Below are positions 37,017-45,356 of a DNA stretch of 64,000 bases, in pieces. The position numbers and the translations under genes are program-made. Within the stretch, counting starts at the first letter, position 1. Each line of letters begins with the position of its first letter. A model generated the notes under the pieces. The model was not told the DNA's origin. It did not search any database and saw nothing but the letters and a program-made list of their open reading frames with translations. The stretch comes from Euryarchaeota archaeon UBA257 (GTDB lineage: Archaea; Thermoplasmatota; Poseidoniia; Poseidoniales; Thalassarchaeaceae). The stretch spans positions 3,356 through 67,355 of the forward strand of contig DAJO01000037.1 of the NCBI GenBank assembly GCA_002498985.1. The letters are read 5' to 3'.

Positions 37017-37095
37017 TTAATCACCTCGCGCCCCCTGGGGGGCGTACAGTTGACTCCAAGATATGATATAATGTTTCATTACTGATGTGCTGAGA

Positions 37096-38190
37096 TTAAT
37101 CAAGACAAATCTCGTTCATTGATACTAATCTAATTGTGTTAGAGTTTTTCCCATAAGAAAAATTACATTTGGCACTGCGTCCATTCGCCCTTTCCCAACA
37201 ACCGCTCATTATCCCTGAGAATATTGCTGGATGGTAACATGAACTGAAAGAAATTTCTATTCCACCAAACTCGTCTATCGAACTAACAGAATCTATTTTC
37301 CCAAGACCTTGTCTCTCCAAATGACGTTTACTAACATAGACCCAATCTGTATTTCCAGAAATTAAAATATGGTGTTTTTGATTATAGAATATTTCTCTAA
37401 TAGTATCTGAAAATATTGTCCATAATAGACTTCGCTTTTTATCAACACCAACCCAAATAAAAGAATCCTTACGTCCTTCGTGAATCTCTTCCAAATAGGG
37501 TAGGAAATAGTCTTCAAAACGAAGTATGAGGTCTTGATTAATCATTGCAAATCTCCTACCCATTATTGACCAAAATTTACCTGACTCAACTTCTAGTGAT
37601 TCCCAAAAATCAAGGTCATCGCTTTGCGATACAATTGGCTTTTCATAGAACCAAGGTAGAGAGATTTTACTTGGTTGAGGTATTTTCATATCATCCTCTG
37701 AAATCATTAAGATTAAGCTTTCAACGTTATTATGATTCCATCTGAACCTATGCCTCTTACCTGTCGCCCTTTCCCAATTAGCAGTAAAAACGCCCGAACA
37801 TAACGGCCCATTAAGCGGATATTTTACAAGGAACCTAGTTTCATCACCATCATCTAATAACTCAAAGTTGCCAATACCTCTTTCTAACCAATCTAATCTT
37901 GTATTTTTCCATCTTTCTGGGTTTCTTCCTTTGGGAAAAGAATTATTCGAAACTATGGAAATCCATTCTTCCGATTCAGACGAAGCATGTGCCAAGCGTC
38001 TTCCTAAACTAAGTCCACTGCGTCTTTCAATTCCTGAAAGAAAATCATCAAAAAGAATCGAATCTACCCTCCATACAGGATGAAAAAATCTTTTAGAATC
38101 TAAAATTAAACCACAATTACTAGTGAGCCATCTTTTTTGGATACCTGAAATCAGCGACTCGTCGGAAATTTCTCTGCCGAAAAACCTCAT
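37096..38190 (-). CDS. tandem V4R-like ligand-binding domain protein
   Basis: Two related halves, each with [RQ]G[IL]G and G-x3-[AG]-x-WERA[TN]G (ERGIGNF...SGVFTANWERATG; RQGLGKI...SGIMSGCWERANG), typical of V4R/HNOB-like folds. Confidence 0.6.
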   Translation of the reverse strand: MRFFGREISDESLISGIQKRWLTSNCGLILDSKRFFHPVWRVDSILFDDFLSGIERRSGLSLGRRLAHASSESEEWISIVSNNSFPKGRNPERWKNTRLDWLERGIGNFELLDDGDETRFLVKYPLNGPLCSGVFTANWERATGKRHRFRWNHNNVESLILMISEDDMKIPQPSKISLPWFYEKPIVSQSDDLDFWESLEVESGKFWSIMGRRFAMINQDLILRFEDYFLPYLEEIHEGRKDSFIWVGVDKKRSLLWTIFSDTIREIFYNQKHHILISGNTDWVYVSKRHLERQGLGKIDSVSSIDEFGGIEISFSSCYHPAIFSGIMSGCWERANGRSAKCNFSYGKNSNTIRLVSMNEICLD

Positions 38191-38194
38191 ATTA

Positions 38195-39397
38195 TCAACT
38201 ACTCAAGAACCTTTCAATCCTTTGAAATGCTTCTTCAAGTACTGGAATAGGAGGTAAGCATACCATTCTAAAATGACCCGAACCGAACTCAGGAGAAAAA
38301 CCAGAACCATGGACAACCAATACATGCTCCTGATGTAAAAGATCTAACACCCATTTTTTATCATCTCTCTGATCTTCAAGATTAGTTAATTTAACAAACA
38401 AATAGAAAGCACCTTTTGGGCTCTCACAAGAAAGACCATCAATTTCTTCTATTCTTTTGAGACAAAAATTCATTCTCTCCTCTGTCAATTTACGGTGTTT
38501 ATCAAGCCAGTCTTTAGACTCTCTTAGACCCGCTAAATACCCATATTGAGCTGGTGTTGATGCACATAGACGACTCCTAAGAATTCTTTCCACACCATCT
38601 CTAACCAATCTGAGGCGATTATTAGGATCATGCCAAGCCATGTATCCAATCCTCCATCCAGGGGCGAAATACACTTTAGAGACACCATTTAGTGTAATTA
38701 TTGGTACGCTCTTTGAACGAGATGCTACTGAGATAAAATTATCTGAGAAATCTAATCCATCGTATATCTCATCTGCTATAATTGTACAATTAGGCCATTT
38801 CTCAGCGATATTAATTAATTTATCAATCTCACTTTCTGTAGCAATATTTCCAGTAGGGTTATTTGGATTTATGAGGACTAATAATTTGACTGAATCATTC
38901 ATCTTATCACTAATATCATCTAAATCAATCTTCCACTCCTCAGATGATTTTAGCCTATATTCTACTGTCTTAGCACCGTACATCTGTGGATAAGCCATGT
39001 ATGGTGGGTAATGGGGACCTGGGGCTAATACTATGTCATTTTCTTCAAGAAATGCTGCAAAAATTACTTGTAGTGCCTCAGTAACTCCATGAGTCACATA
39101 TACATCATCAGGACTACAATTCCAACCCTTAGATAACTCCGATTGAGAAATTGCTTCTCTTAATTCATCTAATCCGTATGATGGTCCATAACCATTGTCT
39201 TGCCTGTCTAGAGCATTCTTGTATTTTTCAATCATATGAACTGGAGTTGGGAGTCCTTCATAAGCTAGTGGATCACCAATATTTAATCGGATAATATCAT
39301 GGCCCTGGTTCTCTAATTCAATAGCAGGAACCACTACATCTCTTATCGCATATTCGATTGAAGACGCGCGATTTGATACCTTGACTGGTTCCGACAT
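38195..39397 (-). CDS. alaA: class I/II PLP aminotransferase, alanine aminotransferase-like
   Basis: EYAIRDVV...LNIGDP N-terminus characteristic of the AlaA/AlaT family, NPNNPTG, DEIY, and SKVYFAPGWRIG (PLP lysine). SD GAGGT precedes the ATG at 39397. Confidence 0.85.
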   Translation of the reverse strand: MSEPVKVSNRASSIEYAIRDVVVPAIELENQGHDIIRLNIGDPLAYEGLPTPVHMIEKYKNALDRQDNGYGPSYGLDELREAISQSELSKGWNCSPDDVYVTHGVTEALQVIFAAFLEENDIVLAPGPHYPPYMAYPQMYGAKTVEYRLKSSEEWKIDLDDISDKMNDSVKLLVLINPNNPTGNIATESEIDKLINIAEKWPNCTIIADEIYDGLDFSDNFISVASRSKSVPIITLNGVSKVYFAPGWRIGYMAWHDPNNRLRLVRDGVERILRSRLCASTPAQYGYLAGLRESKDWLDKHRKLTEERMNFCLKRIEEIDGLSCESPKGAFYLFVKLTNLEDQRDDKKWVLDLLHQEHVLVVHGSGFSPEFGSGHFRMVCLPPIPVLEEAFQRIERFLSS

Positions 39398-39442
39398 AAC
39401 CTCGGGAAGAGGTGAAGTTTGATGAATCAAACGGATAGAGTG

Positions 39443-42313
39443 TCAAACATCTAGCATTTTTTTAGCGGCTTCAAGAGCCGCGGGAATCCCCTCAGGGTTT
39501 GACCCCCCACCTTGGGCAAAGGTTGGTCTTCCACCACCTCCACCATTGATATGGGATGAAATTGCATTCAAAATTTCCACAGAATTATACTTCTCAGAAG
39601 CCTTCGTATTCTCAGTAGTTGCAACAATTATCTTGCCTCCGCCATCCTTGCTTCCAATTATTGCTAATGTAGGATTAGATTCATCTCTTGTCAATTCAGA
39701 AAGCATTTTCATTAATTGCTTGGAATCTCCTGGAGATTCCATGATTACATACCTGATTCCATCTTTATGAATTGCTTCATCACCTCCCCCACTTGTCCTT
39801 AACCTGACAATTTCTGCTTCTAAATTAGAGATCTTTTTTTGTTGTGATTTCCATTCTTGGAAGAACTTCATTACTGCCTTTGGAAGATCGTCAGACTGAA
39901 CTCCCAAAATCTCAGATGCTTCGCTAAGAATACGCTCTTGATGCCTCGCATGGTCTCTCGCCGTATCCCCTGCCACGATTTGCAGACGCTCTACTCCGTC
40001 TTGGACTTGACTGGAACGAACTATCCTTAATTCTCCAATATTACCTGCTTCATCATGGTGGGTTCCTCCACAAGCTTGGACGTCAAAATCTCCAATCTTG
40101 ATAATTCTAATTTGCTGATGTTTTGGAGGTCCTCCCTGATATATGTCGAAACCAAATCTAGAATCGGCTTCTGCCCTATCTAGTATTATCTTCTCTACAG
40201 TAGGATTTAACTGTACAATATCATTTGCCCTATCTTCAATTTTATCTAGCAAATCTCTTGACATTCTAGAATAATGAGTCAAGTCAATTCTAGCGTACCT
40301 TTGTCCTTTGTTAGAACCTGCTTGTCGGATGTGAGGCCCCAGAATATCCCTGGCTGCTCCACCAACAATGTGTATAGCAGTGTGGTGATCCATTAATTGT
40401 CTTCTTCGAATATTATCTACTTCAGCATCAATTCGCCCATTATTTAGGAAACCATCTGTGAAATGAATGATTACACCTTCCTCTATTTTAGTATCTAAGA
40501 CACTAATCGTTCTTGTTTCATCTAGGTGGAAATATCCTTGATCACCTAACTGACCACCCCCTTCTGGATAGAAAAGTGTTCTATCGAGAATTACAAAGTG
40601 AGTGGGGGGGGAAATTACTTCATTAGAAAATGAAATATTATTAGATTCATGATTGATTTCACCACAATGAAGTACTTCAGCAGTGAAATGTGTCTTATTT
40701 GTGTCTAAATAATAATCTTTAGAGGTTACTGGGAATACCTCTTTGAGGAAATTATTTTTATCTCTAATTTTTGCTGCATCTTTAGTCATTCTAGCATTTC
40801 TATCTGCCATATCTGCAGAAAATCCAACTCTAACAGATAGATTCCCCCAACCTAAATCATTAGAAATGGCCATAACCATATCTGGATTGATGCCTCTTTC
40901 TTCAGACAATCTGAATAAAATTGAATCAGGTACTTCGGTTGCATTCTTTGGGAGATTTTGTAAAGCAGTATTAACAGCAGATTGACCTTTTCTCAACATT
41001 TCATAGTAACGTGATTCCTCTAATTCCAACAGTAAAAGTATTCCGTCTTCATTTTGTGTAAAATTTTCTAAGTCTAGATGTGTTTCAATGTGATGCTTTC
41101 CAAGTTCTGCTAAAGTCACATTCAAATTTAAATCCGATTTCATGCGACAAACTCTTCTGGCAAGCATTCTTGCTAGGTAACCGGCTTTTGTATTACTGGG
41201 TATCAATCCGTCTCCTAACATATTACACAGCGCATGCATGTGGTCAGGTATTGCATAAATAGCAGATAATGGTTCTGTAAGGCGTTTCAAATCAGAAACA
41301 GATATCTTAATTTCCTGAGCATTCAATCTTTCAATTAATGTGCTGTAGAGTGAATCTACGTCAGTACCTACATCGATATTTAATATCCCTGCTAATCTTG
41401 ATAATTCAGACAATAATGCAGTTGTATCAACATTTAAATTTAAATCTTTCACCATTGATTCAAAGCCAATAGTTTCTTTTAACCAAGAGACAGATTCAGG
41501 ATATATCGCTTCATAAATTGTTGGAGTACCGGCTGCTGCCCAGCAGAATCTTTCTAGTCCATAACCTGTATCAATTATCTGTAAGTCCATCTCTCGATAG
41601 TTTAATCCTTTGATTACAATATCCCCCTCTTCATGTTCTTCTAAATTCATGAATACGAGAGTTGCTAATTCTAACCCTCCAACTATTACTTCGAGTGCTG
41701 CTCCAGCATTCCCCCCTCCTGACCAAGGATTCTCGACATAGGTGATTTCAATAGGGTTAATTCCAAATGTATTGACTAACATATCGTCACAAAATCTAAC
41801 ACATTGATCTATCCAGTATACTACCTCGCCATCATTGGGTCTATTGAAGGCATGATGAGCCATCATTTCGAAAGTTGTCAAGTGCCTTCCTGAACGTCCA
41901 ACTGCTGCAACATCAGTCAACCTTATGCATGGCTGAGAAATACACAAGGGATTAGCAGGTGGAGGGACTTGCCCACTAGTCACATGAGGTTGGAAATCTG
42001 CAATACTTGCTATTGTTAGATGTATATCATCTCTCCATCTTGCTATTACTGGATAAGGATCGATTTGGGAGTGACTATTCTCAGAGAAATAATCCAGAAA
42101 TGAAGATCTCATCGAATCTTTAAGTTCCTTACCCCTCATAGAGAAACCATCAATTATTGGACTTCCTATGAATGTATATGGGTCTTCATGAGTATCTCCA
42201 GAAGTTGTTCTGTTTTTATCCCGAGTCCAAAAGTAAAGTCCTGTTACTGAACAAGTCCTTCGCATGTGCCCAGATTCATCCCAAAACGGAATATGAACTT
42301 CTCCAAACACCAT
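39443..42313 (-). CDS. alaS: alanine--tRNA ligase (archaeal type)
   Basis: ARWRDD..LTIASIADFQP, QPCIR, HLTTFEMMAHH, GLELATLVF, DTGYGLER, editing domain HTAIH...QACGGTH, and C-terminal GGGG. Confidence 0.98.
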   Translation of the reverse strand: MVFGEVHIPFWDESGHMRRTCSVTGLYFWTRDKNRTTSGDTHEDPYTFIGSPIIDGFSMRGKELKDSMRSSFLDYFSENSHSQIDPYPVIARWRDDIHLTIASIADFQPHVTSGQVPPPANPLCISQPCIRLTDVAAVGRSGRHLTTFEMMAHHAFNRPNDGEVVYWIDQCVRFCDDMLVNTFGINPIEITYVENPWSGGGNAGAALEVIVGGLELATLVFMNLEEHEEGDIVIKGLNYREMDLQIIDTGYGLERFCWAAAGTPTIYEAIYPESVSWLKETIGFESMVKDLNLNVDTTALLSELSRLAGILNIDVGTDVDSLYSTLIERLNAQEIKISVSDLKRLTEPLSAIYAIPDHMHALCNMLGDGLIPSNTKAGYLARMLARRVCRMKSDLNLNVTLAELGKHHIETHLDLENFTQNEDGILLLLELEESRYYEMLRKGQSAVNTALQNLPKNATEVPDSILFRLSEERGINPDMVMAISNDLGWGNLSVRVGFSADMADRNARMTKDAAKIRDKNNFLKEVFPVTSKDYYLDTNKTHFTAEVLHCGEINHESNNISFSNEVISPPTHFVILDRTLFYPEGGGQLGDQGYFHLDETRTISVLDTKIEEGVIIHFTDGFLNNGRIDAEVDNIRRRQLMDHHTAIHIVGGAARDILGPHIRQAGSNKGQRYARIDLTHYSRMSRDLLDKIEDRANDIVQLNPTVEKIILDRAEADSRFGFDIYQGGPPKHQQIRIIKIGDFDVQACGGTHHDEAGNIGELRIVRSSQVQDGVERLQIVAGDTARDHARHQERILSEASEILGVQSDDLPKAVMKFFQEWKSQQKKISNLEAEIVRLRTSGGGDEAIHKDGIRYVIMESPGDSKQLMKMLSELTRDESNPTLAIIGSKDGGGKIIVATTENTKASEKYNSVEILNAISSHINGGGGGRPTFAQGGGSNPEGIPAALEAAKKMLDV

Positions 42314-42393
42314 CTCATGTACAACCTTACATGACTCGGAATAGTTAAACTAACTTTAATACAATTGTTGAAAGACCTGTCCGACCTATTGAA

Positions 42394-43890
42394 ATGTACA
42401 CTATAATTCGGAAGGCTGTGTCAGGGGAGTGGAGAGAACATTTGCAGCCTGATGGCCCCGGAAGAATGCGCATTGGTAAACACGGTTCAATGAAAACAGA
42501 TGCGATAATGGTTGCAGATTCAGATCATCTAGATGAACATTCAGATGATAGATCTCCTAATCAGTTAGTCAATACTGCATCCTTAGATGGTATAGTAGGT
42601 AATGCTTGGGCTATGGCAGATTGGCATTTTGGATACGGATTTCCGATCGGAGGAGTTGTTGCAACTGACATCAATTCAGGGAATCAGGGAGGCGCTATTT
42701 CACCAGGTGGGGTTGGATTTGACATTAACTGTGGTGTGCGATTATGTGCTCTTGATATCGAATATAGAGATATTAATCCTAAATCATTAGCTAGGAAATT
42801 AGCGGATTCAATACCTGCTGGAGCAACAAGCAAGGGAGGAGTAATTTTAGATTCAACAGAAATTGACATGGTACTTTCAGAAGGAGCAAATGCGGCAATT
42901 GAGATGGGTTGGGGAGAATCCAGAGATCTTGAGCTTATTGAATCAAATGGAGTTCTGGAAACTAATGAAAGAAATTTAGGTGAAAGAGCAAAAAAAAGAG
43001 GGAGCAAATCTATGGGAACATTAGGTTCAGGAAATCATTTCTTAGAGCTACAAGTTGTAGATAGGATTGTTGATGAAAAGGCGGCTAAAGCATTTGGAAT
43101 TCGAGAGGGGCAAGTCACAGCAATGATACATACAGGATCTAGGGGTTTAGGGCATCAAGTTTGCTCTGATCATGTGTCAAATATCGAACAAAATTATACA
43201 AAAAAAGACAATATGTGGTTCGCTGAGAAATGGAATATGTCAATACCAGACAGACAATTAGCAGCTGCGCCAATATTCAGTAAAGAGGGGCAACAATATT
43301 TCGATTCCATGTCTGCAGCTGGTAATTTCGCCTTTGCAAATCGTTCAACCTTAACTCAAAGATTGAGAAATATTCTAAGAGAAGAAATTAGAATGGATAG
43401 TGACCTTGAAGTAATCTATGATGTTAGTCACAATATAGCAAAGATAGAAAATCACAAAGTACATGGAGTTTCATGTGAATGCTGTGTTCATAGAAAAGGC
43501 GCTACAAGAGCACTTGGTGGAGATCATTCAGAGTTGGCAGGGAAGTTTTCAGGCATAGGTCAACCAGTCCTTGTCCCTGGTGACATGGGTACCGCCTCAT
43601 GGATTTTATCTGGTCCAGAAAGTGGAGGTAATGATGCTTTTTCTTCATCATGTCATGGCGCAGGAAGAAAACTTTCTAGAACGGCTGCAAGAAATCAGAT
43701 TAATTCATCAGAATTAAAGAAGCAACTTGAAAATAGTGGAATTAATGTTCACACAAAAACACCGAATGTTCTCTCGGAAGAAGCACCGGAAGCATACAAA
43801 AATGTTGACGAAGTAATTAGATTGACATGCGAGGCAGGACTAGCTAGACCAGTAGCCAGAATGAAACCATTTGCTGTAATTAAGGGATAA
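42394..43890 (+). CDS. rtcB: RtcB RNA ligase (tRNA-splicing/RNA repair)
   Basis: DWHFGYGFPIGG, GVGFDINCGVR, GTLGSGNHFLE, HTGSRG, HN, HRKGAT, PGDMG, HGAGR, EEAPEAYK and C-terminal IKG. No intein-sized insertion. Confidence 0.97.
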   Translation: MYTIIRKAVSGEWREHLQPDGPGRMRIGKHGSMKTDAIMVADSDHLDEHSDDRSPNQLVNTASLDGIVGNAWAMADWHFGYGFPIGGVVATDINSGNQGGAISPGGVGFDINCGVRLCALDIEYRDINPKSLARKLADSIPAGATSKGGVILDSTEIDMVLSEGANAAIEMGWGESRDLELIESNGVLETNERNLGERAKKRGSKSMGTLGSGNHFLELQVVDRIVDEKAAKAFGIREGQVTAMIHTGSRGLGHQVCSDHVSNIEQNYTKKDNMWFAEKWNMSIPDRQLAAAPIFSKEGQQYFDSMSAAGNFAFANRSTLTQRLRNILREEIRMDSDLEVIYDVSHNIAKIENHKVHGVSCECCVHRKGATRALGGDHSELAGKFSGIGQPVLVPGDMGTASWILSGPESGGNDAFSSSCHGAGRKLSRTAARNQINSSELKKQLENSGINVHTKTPNVLSEEAPEAYKNVDEVIRLTCEAGLARPVARMKPFAVIKG

Positions 43891-44382
43891 TTACTTATTC
43901 TGATAATGTATCTCTATAACATCATTATCTAACATCACATAATTTTCAAAATCTTGATTAATTTCTCCATTAACAAACATCAAAATTTCATGATTAGAGT
44001 CTACCTTATTATCGAGAATCTGTTCTGAATTGAATACCTCACCCCAGATATTGAAAAATGCTCCAATAGGAGCAGATATTTGGCTTGGTGTTTCGATATG
44101 CAGTCTTCCTGAATCATCATGAGTATGTATTCCTCGCATTCCATCAGGGCACTTAGAATCCTGTATACCAATATTCTGAGATATATATTGCTCATTCCCA
44201 TTAATTATTATCGATAAACTACTATGAGTGTGACTAATGTCGCTAGAATGGCTTCCAAGACAGGTTTCTTCTATAGCCCAAGATTCATTTTCTATCAAAT
44301 CAGTATTTCCAGTTGTACTTAAAACAATAAAAATCACAGTAGCAGCAATTGCACCACCGAACATGATTTTCTCAAAATTCAT
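43891..44382 (-). CDS. membrane-anchored His-rich putative metal-binding protein
   Basis: N-terminal TM, motifs HTH, IHTHDDSGRLHIE and FFNIWG, and C-terminal FVNG...LDNDVIEI. Confidence 0.75.
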   Translation of the reverse strand: MNFEKIMFGGAIAATVIFIVLSTTGNTDLIENESWAIEETCLGSHSSDISHTHSSLSIIINGNEQYISQNIGIQDSKCPDGMRGIHTHDDSGRLHIETPSQISAPIGAFFNIWGEVFNSEQILDNKVDSNHEILMFVNGEINQDFENYVMLDNDVIEIHYQNK

Positions 44383-44433
44383 GATAATGCGAACACGGTA
44401 GTTCTCTTGAACTATTAGGTCATAGGAGTATCA

Positions 44434-45060
44434 ATGACATTGTTAGGTGATAGCCCAGACTATTGGGAAACAGCGAAAAAAGAACTATCAGATAATGACA
44501 TAATACTTTCAAGAATAATAAATAAATTTGATGATTTGGAATTAATTTCAAGAGGTGACATTTTTTTCACATTAATTAGATCAATAATAGGCCAACAAAT
44601 TTCTGTTAAAGCCGCATCTACTGTGTGGTCAAGGTTTACTGAAAGGGTTGGAAATATCACCCCTGAGAATATACTATCGGTTGACTTTGAAGAATTAAGA
44701 AGTTGTGGATTATCTCAAAGAAAGGCAGAATATGTAATAGGAATCTCTGAATCTTGGCATGAATATAGCTCGTTTGATTGGGGGGGAATGGACGATGAAG
44801 AGATTATTGAAAAATTGATTAAATTAAGGGGTGTAGGGAAATGGACTGCAGAGATGATTTTGATATTTACTCTACTCCGCCCTAATGTATTTCCAATAGG
44901 AGATATAGGCATGATTAGAGGTATTGAAAAAACATATAATTCAGGGGTGAAAATGTCTAATGATGAGTTGTATGCTATTTCAGAAAAATGGAAGCCATGG
45001 CGTACTGTAGCTTGTTGTTACATGTGGAGAACAGTAGATCCAGAACCAGTAGAATATTAG
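44434..45060 (+). CDS. alkA: DNA-3-methyladenine glycosylase (AlkA-like HhH-GPD)
   Basis: IIGQQISVKAA, GLSQRKA, LRGVGKWTAEM (HhH), VFPIGD and WKPWRT motifs. Confidence 0.92.
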   Translation: MTLLGDSPDYWETAKKELSDNDIILSRIINKFDDLELISRGDIFFTLIRSIIGQQISVKAASTVWSRFTERVGNITPENILSVDFEELRSCGLSQRKAEYVIGISESWHEYSSFDWGGMDDEEIIEKLIKLRGVGKWTAEMILIFTLLRPNVFPIGDIGMIRGIEKTYNSGVKMSNDELYAISEKWKPWRTVACCYMWRTVDPEPVEY

Positions 45061-45231
45061 TTACATGCAATATCCACGTCTTGGCTGATTAGGAATAGTG
45101 GGGGCTGCTCCTGACTGGACCCCGTCGGCCTCTTCCATAATGACTGTCAATAGAGTATTGACTAGCACTTTCAAGTCTTCAACTTCGTTTTTTAGTTCTT
45201 CCACACTTACAGCGTCGCTAGTCTTATCCAT
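45061..45231 (-). CDS. 56-aa small protein (below the ORF-track cutoff)
   Basis: Read by eye: MDKTSDAVSVEELKNEVEDLKVLVNTLLTVIMEEADGVQSGAAPTIPNQPRRGYCM*. It fills the gap, abuts the alkA stop and shows a heptad-like amphipathic helix. Confidence 0.6.
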   Translation of the reverse strand: MDKTSDAVSVEELKNEVEDLKVLVNTLLTVIMEEADGVQSGAAPTIPNQPRRGYCM

Positions 45232-45322
45232 CCCAATCCCATCTAAGGAATTTCTTCCTCAAAAGCAATTAGGTCACTAAATAGCCTATAAAGACAACAG
45301 TAAGAAATTACATGAAGATAGG

Positions 45323-45356
45323 GATTAGTTGGGGTTTGAATTTGCCCCAACTAATC
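45323..45356 (-). terminator. 12-bp perfect stem-loop overlapping the stop codon of the 2386-aa gene (terminator or 3' stabiliser)
   Basis: GATTAGTTGGGG (45323-45334) and CCCCAACTAATC (45345-45356) form an inverted repeat with a 10-nt loop. Confidence 0.55.

Noticed and set aside
42394-43890. Intein in RtcB
   Set aside because: Normal length (~490 aa), contiguous motifs and no intein-sized insertion.
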